A DNA stretch of 64,000 nt from a bacterium (lineage in GTDB: Bacteria > Zhuqueibacterota > Zhuqueibacteria > Residuimicrobiales > Krinioviventaceae). Location: the NCBI GenBank assembly GCA_963675755.2, contig CAXXMD010000002.1, positions 2,112,001 through 2,176,000 of the forward strand. The letters are read 5' to 3'. The notes under the pieces were generated by a model. The model was not told the DNA's origin. It did no database searches and worked only from the letters and a program-made list of their open reading frames with translations. Position numbers and translations under genes: made by a program. Within the stretch, counting starts at the first letter, position 1; every line of letters starts with the position of its first letter. Of this stretch, positions 1 through 9,607 are shown piece after piece.

Positions 1-554
1 AATTCGGCAAAACTGAATGTGGTAGACAATAAAACCGTGACCATTATAATACCAATCAATACCACAACCGCACCAGACTTGCCAAAAATAATAACAAGCA
101 ACTGCGCGCCCATTCCACCGAAACGCCCGGAAAACTCGAATGCAGGTGAACTGCCAACCGAGGATATTACATCATGCAGGGCAAAACCAATAGAGAGTAA
201 AAATGCAAACAAAAAGGTCATTCCGGTCCATCTTGCCAACTCGTAAGGGCTTTTCCCGATCAACCGGTTAATACCCCAGGCTATCACGAAAAATGGCAGT
301 ACCAGAACAGGGAAACCAATGGTCCAGTGGATCAAATAATAAGCCACATAAACTCCGGCAATTCCCAATCCGTTTTTAATCAATCCCGGATGTTCAATAT
401 TATTCGGTGCTTCTCCTGGTTCATAGGTAAACAGTGCAATCAGCATCAGAATACCCATCAGGATCAGCAACAACCCAATCAACTCTTCCTGTTTTCTGTC
501 CGGCAATGAAGCTCCGGAATATTTTACAGTTTTTTTCTTTTTTGCGTTTCTCAT
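1..554 (-). CDS. ftsK: DNA translocase FtsK, N-terminal 4TM region (partial, runs off the window start)
   Basis: Not in the ORF track. Manual translation from ATG at 554 (RBS GAGG) gives MRNAKKKK...EELIGLLLILMGILMLIALFTY...NGLGIAGVYVAYYL...SGRFGGMGAQLL..., the FtsK_4TM pattern (N-x-x-G-x-x-G, then G-x-x-GG-x-G) with several TM helices. Frame is open to position 1. Confidence 0.8.
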   Translation of the reverse strand, partial: MRNAKKKKTVKYSGASLPDRKQEELIGLLLILMGILMLIALFTYEPGEAPNNIEHPGLIKNGLGIAGVYVAYYLIHWTIGFPVLVLPFFVIAWGINRLIGKSPYELARWTGMTFLFAFLLSIGFALHDVISSVGSSPAFEFSGRFGGMGAQLLVIIFGKSGAVVVLIGIIMVTVLLSTTFSFAE

Positions 555-558
555 ATCC

Positions 559-1290
559 TCAGGGTGCTAATTTAACAACACGTTTATCAAATACCATATT
601 TAAATCATAAAAATCTTTTTGTGAACAGAATCGTAAATCCTTTTCAAATCCAATTTCTTGTAAATACCGCCCATGCTTGCTTTGCAGCATCATATTGAAC
701 AGATCATTTTCATACTGTTCTGCCTGTTCGATGAAAGGGAGTTCAGTGCTATCCAAATGAAACCGCTTTTCAATATTTGCAATTTCCCGGGCCAGCAAAC
801 CCGCACATACCGTATCTTCCAAAGTGGGCTTTCCATTCGTACCCGCGCATAAAATATTAACATCTTGATCATGTCCGGCAGCAGCTTTGGCTATTGCACT
901 CAAATTCAACAGAGATGCAATATAAATCCAATCTGCAGATAATGCATGCTGCATTGCTTTGGTGCCGTTTGATGTAGTCCAGACCAGAGTTTTATCTTTA
1001 ATAATGGAACGCTGGTACTCTAATGGAGAATTCCCAAAATCGAATCCTTCAATTTTCACACCTTTGCGCTCTCCACACAACTTAACCGATTGTGGCAAAA
1101 GTTTATCTCTGAGAGCAAACGCGTCCTGCACATCAACAACAGGATAAATCTCTTTGCATCCATGGTTCAATGCCGCAGCCATACTTGATGTTGCACGCAG
1201 CACATCTATCACAATAGCTACCGATCCTTTTAATGCGAACGGTTCAACATGTTCCGGTATTTCAAAGATCCGTATATTTGGTTCTTGCAT
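559..1290 (-). CDS. comB: 2-phosphosulfolactate phosphatase family protein
   Basis: Motifs VIDVLRATSS, GERKG..GFDFGNSP, TTSNGT and LEDTVCAG. Confidence 0.92.
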   Translation of the reverse strand: MQEPNIRIFEIPEHVEPFALKGSVAIVIDVLRATSSMAAALNHGCKEIYPVVDVQDAFALRDKLLPQSVKLCGERKGVKIEGFDFGNSPLEYQRSIIKDKTLVWTTSNGTKAMQHALSADWIYIASLLNLSAIAKAAAGHDQDVNILCAGTNGKPTLEDTVCAGLLAREIANIEKRFHLDSTELPFIEQAEQYENDLFNMMLQSKHGRYLQEIGFEKDLRFCSQKDFYDLNMVFDKRVVKLAP

Positions 1291-1294
1291 CAAA

Positions 1295-2383
1295 TCAAAC
1301 AGATGTTTTATAAAACGGCGGTTTTACTACAGTTGCAGGTACCGCCTTGTTACGTATCATAATATCAATTTCAGTTCCAAATTTAGTATGTGGTCTGTTT
1401 ACATACCCCATACCAATACCTTTTTCAAGCATGGGTGAAAATGTACCACTGGTAACAGCACCAACTTCAGCACCATCTTTTGTAATGGTATATCCATGAC
1501 GAGGAAACGCACGGTCATTCAACTCGAACGCAACCAGTCTGCGTGTGGGGCCATCTTCCAGCATTTTCACAATAGCGTCACGGCCTATAAAATCACCCTT
1601 GTCTGCTTTGGTAATCCAGCCCAATCCTGCTTCAATTGGATTGGTGGTTTTATCAATATCATTGCCGTAAAGGCAATATTTCATTTCAAGTCTCAGTGTA
1701 TCTCTGGCACCCAATCCTACGGGTTCAATATCAAAAGGTTTACCCGCTTCCATGAGTGCGTTCCAGATCTGCAATGAATATTGTTTAGTGAAACACAATT
1801 CAAATCCCGCTTCACCGGTATAACCGGTACGTGAGATCAACATATCTACACCGTCAACCTTGCCCGGCAGAGTCCAGTAATATACTATATCACCAACAGG
1901 CACATCTGTCAGCTTTTGCAAAATTTCAATGGATTTGGGACCCTGCAATGCCAGCAGAGATGTATCGTCGCTAATGTTCTCCAACTCTACATCACCCAAT
2001 TTATGTTCAACAGCCCAGTTCCAGTCTTTTTCAAGATTGGCGGCATTAACAATCATCATATAATGATCATCCATCTTGTAAACCAGCAAATCATCAACAA
2101 TACCACCATCATCATAACACATGGCAGAGTATTGTACCTGGTTTACCTGCAAGCTGGCAACATCATTAATTGTAATACGCTGTAAAAATGCTTCTGCATC
2201 TTTACCTCGGACGAGAAATTCACCCATATGCGAAACATCAAACAACCCCGCCGTGGTACGAACACGTTTATGTTCATCAATAATACCTTTGTATTGTATA
2301 GGCATAGCATACCCGGCAAATTCTACAATCTTGGCACCTGCATCAACATGCACATCATAGAATCCGGTTTTTTTAATTTCCAC
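1295..2383 (-). CDS. gcvT: Glycine cleavage system aminomethyltransferase T
   Basis: Motifs FDVSHMG, GGIVDD, SRTGYTGEAGFE and GLGARDTLRLE; GTG start with GGAG RBS. Confidence 0.97.
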   Translation of the reverse strand: MEIKKTGFYDVHVDAGAKIVEFAGYAMPIQYKGIIDEHKRVRTTAGLFDVSHMGEFLVRGKDAEAFLQRITINDVASLQVNQVQYSAMCYDDGGIVDDLLVYKMDDHYMMIVNAANLEKDWNWAVEHKLGDVELENISDDTSLLALQGPKSIEILQKLTDVPVGDIVYYWTLPGKVDGVDMLISRTGYTGEAGFELCFTKQYSLQIWNALMEAGKPFDIEPVGLGARDTLRLEMKYCLYGNDIDKTTNPIEAGLGWITKADKGDFIGRDAIVKMLEDGPTRRLVAFELNDRAFPRHGYTITKDGAEVGAVTSGTFSPMLEKGIGMGYVNRPHTKFGTEIDIMIRNKAVPATVVKPPFYKTSV

Positions 2384-2421
2384 GTCCGGCTCCTTTCAAG
2401 TTATAAGATAATGTAAAACAT

Positions 2422-2450
2422 AAAGTAATATTTATATAGGAGAGTGTCAA
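2422..2450 (-). promoter_or_regulatory. sigma70-type promoter of gcvT (TTGACA-N17-TACTTT)
   Basis: Minus strand reads TTGACA ctctcctatataaatat TACTTT, just downstream of the rseP terminator. Confidence 0.65.
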
Positions 2451-2486
2451 GTTTATTTTAAGTTTATGAATAAAGTGGAGAAAACT

Positions 2487-2514
2487 AAAACCCGGCAGAA
2501 TATCTACCGGGTTT
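2487..2514 (-). terminator. Intrinsic terminator after rseP
   Basis: Hairpin AAACCCGGTAGA-TAT-TCTGCCGGGTTTT on the minus strand, about 14 bp after the rseP stop. Confidence 0.7.
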
Positions 2515-2527
2515 CATATAAAATTCT

Positions 2528-3610
2528 TTACGGAATGAGACGAGATACGTCGTTAAAGATCACAAAAACCATGAGCGCAAGTAATAAAGCCAAACCAATC
2601 TGTTGTACCATCAGCTTGATTTTGATGGATAAGGGTTTGCGCATAATTCCTTCAATCAAAATAAACACCAGGTGTCCACCATCAAGGACAGGTAATGGCA
2701 GTAAATTCAGCAATCCCAGGTTAATGCTCAACATTGCCGCAAATCCCATTAAATAGTTAAATCCTGCAGAAGCCTGCTCTCCTGTCATTTTGGCAATAGC
2801 AATAGGACCGCCAATACTTTCTTTAAAAGGAACCTGACCGCTGAACAACAGCCCAAAAGACTCACCAATCATGACTGTCATATTCCAGGTCATTTTGGTT
2901 CCAATCCAAAACGCCTCAAAAATACCAGGTTGCCGGATCTCGGTTACCGGGCCAACCCCAATCAAACCAATTTCATGAATCGGGTCCAGAACAGGAACAA
3001 CCGTTCCCGACATGGCTTCACCGTTTCGTTCCCATTCAATCAAAACTTCTTTTTCAGGTACATTATGAATAATTGCTACCAGATCATCCCATTTTTGGAT
3101 CTCCTGACCCTGTATGGCAGTAATTACATCACCCTCTTCCAGGCCAATCTTTGCAGCCGGCATATCATTCATAACAGAGCCAATAATGGGGGTCATGGGT
3201 TCAACAGGCTCGTTAATACCGTTAATTAACACGCTACCCATAAAAATAAACATGGCTAATAAAAAGTTGAAAAACGGTCCCGCAAAAATTACCAGCATTT
3301 TTGCCCACATGGGTTTCGACATAAACTCCCAGGGCTCGCCTTTAATGCTGTCACTTTCCAGACTCTCGTCAACCATTCCCGACATTTTAACATATCCACC
3401 AATGGGTAAGGCGGAAATACAATAATCGGTATCACCAATTTTTTTACCAAACAAACGAGGTGGGAATCCAATAGAAAATCGTTCTACCCGAATCCCTACC
3501 AGTTTTGCTAAAAGAAAATGTCCCAACTCATGGACTACTATCAGCAGTCCCAATACAAAAATAAAAGGTATTAAATATGTCCCTGTAAAATGTAAAACAC
3601 TATCCATCAC
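2528..3610 (-). CDS. rseP: RIP metalloprotease RseP (site-2 protease with PDZ domain)
   Basis: Motifs HELGH, RFSIGF, LPIGGYVKM, AGPFFN and NLLPLPVLDGGH. Confidence 0.96.
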   Translation of the reverse strand: MMDSVLHFTGTYLIPFIFVLGLLIVVHELGHFLLAKLVGIRVERFSIGFPPRLFGKKIGDTDYCISALPIGGYVKMSGMVDESLESDSIKGEPWEFMSKPMWAKMLVIFAGPFFNFLLAMFIFMGSVLINGINEPVEPMTPIIGSVMNDMPAAKIGLEEGDVITAIQGQEIQKWDDLVAIIHNVPEKEVLIEWERNGEAMSGTVVPVLDPIHEIGLIGVGPVTEIRQPGIFEAFWIGTKMTWNMTVMIGESFGLLFSGQVPFKESIGGPIAIAKMTGEQASAGFNYLMGFAAMLSINLGLLNLLPLPVLDGGHLVFILIEGIMRKPLSIKIKLMVQQIGLALLLALMVFVIFNDVSRLIP

Positions 3611-3677
3611 GTTCCCTTGTTTATATCCTATAATTTGTCATATATTTGACGTACAAAACAGTCAAAAGGTTCATTTT

Positions 3678-4842
3678 TTATGAAAAATATTTATAAATAT
3701 CTGACCTTGCCAATAAATCCGCTTCTACCAGTGTTTCCTTGTCCGGATTTTGTATAACAGTATGTTCATTCAAAGCACGCTCAATCGCTTCCGGAATTTG
3801 CATAAATCCAATCTTTTTCTTTAGAAACAGGTCAACAGCGGCTTCATTTGCCGCATTCATAACAGCAGGAGCCGTTCCTCCTGTTGCAATCGCCTCAAAT
3901 GCAATTTTCAAAGCCCTGAATTTCTCAAGATCCGGCACCTGAAATGTCAGATCAATTATATCGCAAAAATCGAGCCGTTCAAAATCTGATTCTATCCGAT
4001 CCGGATAGGTCAATGCCAACTGAATAGGTACTTTCATATCCGGAACACCCATTTGTGCTTTAATGGATCCATCACAAAACGCTACCATAGAATGGATAAT
4101 GGATTGTGGATGAATAACCACCTGGATCTTTTCAACCGGCATACCAAATAACCAGCGCGCCTCTATCACTTCCAATCCCTTGTTCATCATGGTTGCGGAA
4201 TCAATGGTGATCTTGGCGCCCATATCCCAATTGGGATGTTTTTAACGCCTGCTCAACCGTAACCTGCTTCATCTCTTCAAGGGTAAAATTGCGGAACGGG
4301 CCACCCGATGCGGTCAAAATTATTTTTTCCACACTCTCCATAGACTCACCCATCAGACACTGAAAGATTGCACTGTGCTCACTGTCTATGGGATAAATAG
4401 AACAACCATTTTGTGCTGCCGATTCCATTATCAGCTCGCCGCCAATAACCAGAGTTTCCTTGTTTGCAAGGGCAATATCTTTTTCCCGTTCAAGAGCGGT
4501 CAGGGTAGGCAAAAAACCCGCACTGCCTACAATGGAATTTACCAGCAAATCATATTCCGATTCCTGCACAATGCGCTGTAAACAATCGGGTCCGGTAAAC
4601 AATCTTACACCCAGCTCGGCAAACGCTGCATGCTGTTCAAGAGAGGGCTCTACTCCGGATACGGCAACAAATTCAGGTTTGAATGCCTTGACCATATCGA
4701 TCAAAAATTCAACATTACTGTGAACACTCAACGCTGAAATCGAAAACCGATCAGGATTTTGCCGGACAATTTGCAAACAATTCTGTCCAATAGAACCGCT
4801 GCACCCCAACAGGGTTAATGCTTTTTTATTTATTTCACTCAT
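3678..4842 (-). CDS. dxr: 1-deoxy-D-xylulose 5-phosphate reductoisomerase, split by a +1 A in an A5 run at 4239-4243 (probable assembly error)
   Basis: The N-half ([34 protein letters not shown]) and C-half ([37 protein letters not shown]) are in different frames. Removing one A restores [14 protein letters not shown]. Confidence 0.93.
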
Positions 4843-5658
4843 GAATAGATACGGTTTTAATTTTTTCTACGGTTTTGACTTCCCTGGGTGTCAGTTCAGT
4901 TTCTAAAAATTTTATATACAATTTTTCTTCAAACCCGCTTTTAATAGCTGCCGCAAGATCTGAATATGAAACAGTATTGCCATTACTTAGATCATTCAGG
5001 CAAATGGTCTTTTTCATCATAAACGACTTTATTTTTTCTTTGGCTTCACTGCTCTTGCCCGACAAGTAATTCGCAATATCCAAATGATCATTTCCAATCA
5101 AAATAGACCCATGCTGCAAAACAACGCCATTTAACCGACGTTGGGCACTTCCAACCAGCTTTTTACCTTGATAACTGATTTCATGCTGCACGGTAGAAGC
5201 ATAACACATGGATGACAATTCCCCTTTTGAAAAATCCTTGGGAGTTTGCACCGCACGTTCAAACTCTACCGGAAAATTAAGCATATTCAAACCGGCAACA
5301 AGGCATTGGCTGATTTCCTCATAAACCTTGCTAATCTCTTTTTCATAATACTGGCTTGATTCCGGCATAATAACCGAATAGGTCAACTCATCAGCATGCA
5401 ATATAGCTCTTCCACCGGTTGGTCGGGATACAATATCAATTCCCTTTTCACGGCATAACTCTAGATCAATTTCTTCTTTCCTTTGATGATATCCCAGTGA
5501 AATTGCGTGAGGAGTCCACCCATACAGTCTCAAAATCGGGTACCGCTTTCCGAAGACATACACTCTGCCAAAGCAACATCTATGGCCATATTGGTTTCGC
5601 CATCCAGAAAACCGGAATTGATGAATCGCCATGTTTCCTGATGCCCGTTACTAGTCAT
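4835..5658 (-). CDS. Lipoate-protein ligase family / LipM-like octanoyltransferase, split by a 1-bp deletion at 5538-5540
   Basis: The true start at 5658 gives MTSNGHQETWRFINSGFLDGETNMAIDVAL...GT then a stop. The other frame continues PILRLYGWTPHAISLGYHQ...RPTGGRAILH...KLVGSAQRR...QHGSI. Adding one C (ACC CCG) joins them. Confidence 0.85.
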
Positions 5659-6436
5659 CGCTTCCCTTGATCAGTCCACGGTCAGAATTCTCAATAAAAG
5701 CCAATACATTCTCAACTTCGGGCAGCATTTCCACTTCATTACGAATACGTTCTACTGCCTGGCTCACGTTCAAATGAGAACGGAACAACAGTTTATAAGT
5801 AGCTTTTAATGATTTTATCACAGGCAACTTGAATCCACGTCTACGCAAACCAATGGAATTCAAACCATGAAACTGTAATGGCTCACCGGCACAGGTGATA
5901 TATGGCGGAACATCCTGTACTGCACGAAATCCACCACCTATCATAGAGTGTCTTCCAACTTTGCAAAACTGGTGTACGGGTGTCATACCGCCTATAATAG
6001 CAAAATCCTCAATTACAACATGTCCGCCGAGTTGTACACCATTGGCAAGGATAACATCATCACCAATTACCGTATCATGCCCAACATGAGTATATGCCAT
6101 CAGCAAACAATTGCTGCCAATCTCACTTTTGCCTGAAGCATGTGTTCCACGGTTCAACGTGACACATTCACGTATGGTAGTATTATTACCAATAATAAAA
6201 AGGCTTTCTTCGCCGCCAAATTTTAAATCCTGGGGAATATTGGCAATCGCAGCGCCCTGGTGTATATTGCAATTTTCACCAATTCTGGCACCATTGTAGA
6301 TATGCACACTGGTACCAATCCGGGTACCATTACCAATTACAACATCCCCTTCAATAATAGAAAAGGCCCCTATGGAGACATTGTCTCCAATTTGGGCCTT
6401 GGGATCAACTATAGCTGTATTATGTATTTCTGACAA
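5651..6436 (-). CDS. lpxA: UDP-N-acetylglucosamine O-acyltransferase
   Basis: Hexapeptide repeats; motifs PQDLKF, RECVTLNRGT, AYTHVGHD, HQF, QDVPPY and GLNSIGLRRRGF. Confidence 0.97.
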   Translation of the reverse strand: MSEIHNTAIVDPKAQIGDNVSIGAFSIIEGDVVIGNGTRIGTSVHIYNGARIGENCNIHQGAAIANIPQDLKFGGEESLFIIGNNTTIRECVTLNRGTHASGKSEIGSNCLLMAYTHVGHDTVIGDDVILANGVQLGGHVVIEDFAIIGGMTPVHQFCKVGRHSMIGGGFRAVQDVPPYITCAGEPLQFHGLNSIGLRRRGFKLPVIKSLKATYKLLFRSHLNVSQAVERIRNEVEMLPEVENVLAFIENSDRGLIKGSDD

Positions 6437-6466
6437 GTTTATTCCCTTACTAAATTAATTGCTCCG

Positions 6467-7870
6467 TCACACATTTTTACGGTCTACTATTGCAGCCATC
6501 AAATCTGCTTCACAAGCCAGCTCATCATTCACAAAAGCCCTTCCGAACATTTTTGCCAATGAACGACGATACGGTCCCATTTCCACTTCAAAACGCAGTG
6601 TATCTCCGGGTGTTACTGTTTTACGAAAACGAACGTTATCTATACCTGTAAAAAGCACAGCTTTTTCAGCCGGATCCGTTTCTGAATTTAACAGCATAAT
6701 ACCACCGGTTTGTGCCATGGCTTCAATGATCAAAACACCCGGCATAACCGGCCAACCGGGGAAATGACCCTGAAAAAACGGTTCATTCATGGTCACATTT
6801 TTAATACCAATAACACGTTCCTGTGGAATCAGATCAATGATCTTGTCAACCAGCAGGAATGGATAGCGGTGCGGTAAAATTCGCATAATCGCTTCAGTAT
6901 CCAGAAAAACACCAGTGCGTTGATTGATCTGATATTTTGATTTAATCAGTTTTTTCTTGTATTCTTTACGTATAAGTTTTACCAGTTCAGCATTGGCCTT
7001 GTGTCCCGAGCGCGCGGCAATAATATGCCCTTTTATAGGCACACCCAACAATGCAAGATCACCAATCAGATCAAGCGCTTTATGACGAACCGGTTCATTG
7101 GGATAACGCAACTCTTTACCGTTTAATATCCCATTCGATGACATGCTGACATCAGCTTCAATGCCAAACATTTTACGAAGATCATTCAACTCTTTTGTAT
7201 CCATATCGCGATCTATAATAACAACGGCGTTATCCAGATCACCACCTTTAATAAGGCCGGCTTTCCACAGTTCTTCAACTTCATGCAAAAAACAAAAAGT
7301 TCGTGAAGCTGCAAATTCAGTTGCAAACTCTTCGCGCAATGAATACATGGATGTATATTGTGTTCCCAATGCCGGGTTTTGATAATCAACCATAAAGGTG
7401 ATACGAAACTCGTCAGATGGGAATACAACAATATCAATACCGCGGTCCGGTTCGGAATATGCAATGGTACGATCAATAACCAAATAATCACGTGGAGATT
7501 CCTGTTCTTCAAAACCGCATTTCAGCAAAACTTCCACAAAAGGTAATGCACTTCCATCCCCTACCGGGGGTTCATTTCCATCAATTTCACAAATAATATT
7601 ATCAATTTCCAGTCCGCTAATGGCTGCTAAAACGTGCTCAACTGTATGGATTTTTACATCGTTAATACCAATCGTTGTTCCCCGTGAAATATCCACTACA
7701 TGATCAACATCAGCGGGAATCACAGGACTTTCTTCAATATCAACACGTTTAAATAAAATACCGGAATTAGCGGGGGCAGGTTTAAATGTTATTTTTGTTT
7801 TATTTCCAGTATGCAAGCCAACACCAGCATAGGACGCAGACTCTTTTATTGTCCGTTGGTTTGTCAGCAT
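6467..7870 (-). CDS. lpxC/fabZ: Bifunctional LpxC deacetylase / FabZ dehydratase
   Basis: LpxC motifs GVGLHTG, TVEHVLAA, DGSA and EPVRHKALDLIGDL, followed by FabZ motifs LPHRYPFLLVD and GHFPGWPVMPGVLIIEAMAQ. Confidence 0.97.
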   Translation of the reverse strand: MLTNQRTIKESASYAGVGLHTGNKTKITFKPAPANSGILFKRVDIEESPVIPADVDHVVDISRGTTIGINDVKIHTVEHVLAAISGLEIDNIICEIDGNEPPVGDGSALPFVEVLLKCGFEEQESPRDYLVIDRTIAYSEPDRGIDIVVFPSDEFRITFMVDYQNPALGTQYTSMYSLREEFATEFAASRTFCFLHEVEELWKAGLIKGGDLDNAVVIIDRDMDTKELNDLRKMFGIEADVSMSSNGILNGKELRYPNEPVRHKALDLIGDLALLGVPIKGHIIAARSGHKANAELVKLIRKEYKKKLIKSKYQINQRTGVFLDTEAIMRILPHRYPFLLVDKIIDLIPQERVIGIKNVTMNEPFFQGHFPGWPVMPGVLIIEAMAQTGGIMLLNSETDPAEKAVLFTGIDNVRFRKTVTPGDTLRFEVEMGPYRRSLAKMFGRAFVNDELACEADLMAAIVDRKNV

Positions 7871-7956
7871 TTCACCTCCTAGATGCGCAATGCGCCAGTT
7901 ACATATAAATAAGGGATTGATGAATTAAATACAATACAACCCCAAATTGTTGAACT

Positions 7957-8991
7957 TTATTCAATTTTTCCTTCAAGGTCCCGTAATTGTGCTTCAAGTC
8001 TTCTGACTTTTTTGATCAATTCCGGTAACTTTGCCAAACTTGCTTCTTCTCGTTTAGCCTGCATGTGAGGCCGTGCAGGGTATCCGGATACAAATTCTTT
8101 TTCTGGTACAGATTTGGTAATACCCGCTTGGGCTCCAATAGCCGCCTGATCGCCAATTTCAATATGACCAACCAAACCTGCCTGGCCACCCATTCTAACA
8201 TAACGACCAATTTTTGTACTACCGGAAATTCCAGCCTGTGCGGCAATTGCGGTATGTTCACCTACCTGCACATTGTGTGCAATTTGTACCAGATTGTCAA
8301 TTTTTGCACCGGTTTTAATACGAGTTTCTCCCAGTGTGGCCCGATCTATGGTTGTATTGGCACCAACCTCAACATCATCTTCCAGTACCACATTGCCCAT
8401 TTGCGGCAATTTGTGATACTTGCCATCCTCAAATGCAAAACCAAAACCATCGGAACCAATTACGGCCCCCATATGGATGATTACCCCGTTCCCAATTACA
8501 CATTGTTCACGGACTGTAACATTGGCATAAAGGATACAATTATCACCAACCGAAACATCGGTACCCAAAACTACACCCGGATGAATCACAACATTAGCAC
8601 CAATTTTACAATCCGAACCAATAACAACATTGGCGCCAATTGCAGGATTTTCACCAATTTCGCAATTTTCACCAATATTGGCTGTTTCGTGAATACCTTG
8701 TAAAACCTGAGGTTTTTGTTTGTAAAAATGTCGGGCAAGTTTGAGGAATGCAAAATACGGGTTTTTTACCCGTAACAAGGTTTTATCTTTTGCCTCTGGG
8801 AAATCCGGTTCAACCAACACTGCCGAAGCATTCGTAGTTTCAATAAACTTGAAATACTTGTTGTTAGCAATAAAAGAAAGCTGGCCTTGTGTTGCTTCTT
8901 CAATCTTGGCTAAACCGCTGATTTCCCTTGATCCGTCACCGTCTACAACAGCGCCGATCATTTCAGCAATACTATCTATGGTTAAAGACAT
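7957..8991 (-). CDS. lpxD: UDP-3-O-acyl-glucosamine N-acyltransferase
   Basis: Motifs IGSDGFGF, EVGANTTIDR, KIDNLVQIAHNV and GISGST. Confidence 0.97.
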   Translation of the reverse strand: MSLTIDSIAEMIGAVVDGDGSREISGLAKIEEATQGQLSFIANNKYFKFIETTNASAVLVEPDFPEAKDKTLLRVKNPYFAFLKLARHFYKQKPQVLQGIHETANIGENCEIGENPAIGANVVIGSDCKIGANVVIHPGVVLGTDVSVGDNCILYANVTVREQCVIGNGVIIHMGAVIGSDGFGFAFEDGKYHKLPQMGNVVLEDDVEVGANTTIDRATLGETRIKTGAKIDNLVQIAHNVQVGEHTAIAAQAGISGSTKIGRYVRMGGQAGLVGHIEIGDQAAIGAQAGITKSVPEKEFVSGYPARPHMQAKREEASLAKLPELIKKVRRLEAQLRDLEGKIE

Positions 8992-9020
8992 ATGCGCCCT
9001 GATTTATACTATCAGATCAA

Positions 9021-9563
9021 TTATTTAGTTGTAGTTTCAAGACCTTTTTCAAGTTCTTCAATAACCAGTTCGGTCAGGTCTGTTTGGTTCGGGCTGGCAT
9101 ATACAATATTACCTGCAACTGTATCAAAAATATAATCAAAGCGTTCATCTTCACCAACAAGCTTGATAGCTTCGTTGATTTTGTCAAAAACGGGTTTCAT
9201 CTGTTTATCTTGTTCGCTGTAAAACTCACCACTTTGTCCCCATTTTTGGGCCTGGTACTGTTGAATTTTCAGGTATAATCCCTGCATTTCCTGCATTTTT
9301 TCTTTCTGACGTTCTTCACTCAAAAGCAGGCGTTGAGATTCCAACTGTTCGTTCATTTCTTCCAACTGTTGCTGCATCTCACGGGCTTCAGCTTCCCATT
9401 CTTTGTTGATTTTATCAAGTCTGTCTTGTGCATCTTGAGCTTCTTTATATGAAGCAAGAATTTGCTGTGAATTGATGTATCCAATTTTCTGAGCAAAAGA
9501 TGATGTTGCAATCAATAAAATAAAAATTACCATTGCACCCTTGATGAGATTACTTTTTTTCAC
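9021..9563 (-). CDS. skp: OmpH/Skp periplasmic chaperone
   Basis: Signal peptide, AQKIGYIN, a coiled coil and C-terminal FDYIFD...IVYA...DLT; GTG start after GGAGG; lies between bamA and lpxD. Confidence 0.9.
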   Translation of the reverse strand: MKKSNLIKGAMVIFILLIATSSFAQKIGYINSQQILASYKEAQDAQDRLDKINKEWEAEAREMQQQLEEMNEQLESQRLLLSEERQKEKMQEMQGLYLKIQQYQAQKWGQSGEFYSEQDKQMKPVFDKINEAIKLVGEDERFDYIFDTVAGNIVYASPNQTDLTELVIEELEKGLETTTK

Positions 9564-9607
9564 TTTTTCCTCCAATATCCTATATTGATTATTGTTAAAT
9601 TACTTTT

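Noticed and set aside
2384-2450. Glycine riboswitch upstream of gcvT
   Set aside because: Only about 35 nt lie between the predicted promoter and the start codon, and no aptamer motifs are visible.
4224-4245. Programmed -1 frameshift in dxr (A-run plus hairpin)
   Set aside because: The repair needs a +1 shift, the hairpin abuts the run without the usual spacer, and the palindrome simply encodes the conserved HPNWD.
5528-5545. TGA readthrough or selenocysteine in the LipM-like gene
   Set aside because: The downstream homology continues in a different frame, so readthrough would not restore the protein.
9575-9600. dif-like site (…TATATTGATTATTGTTAAAT)
   Set aside because: The XerD arm has an extra base relative to TTATGTTAAAT, there is no XerC arm, and it sits in the short bamA-skp spacer.
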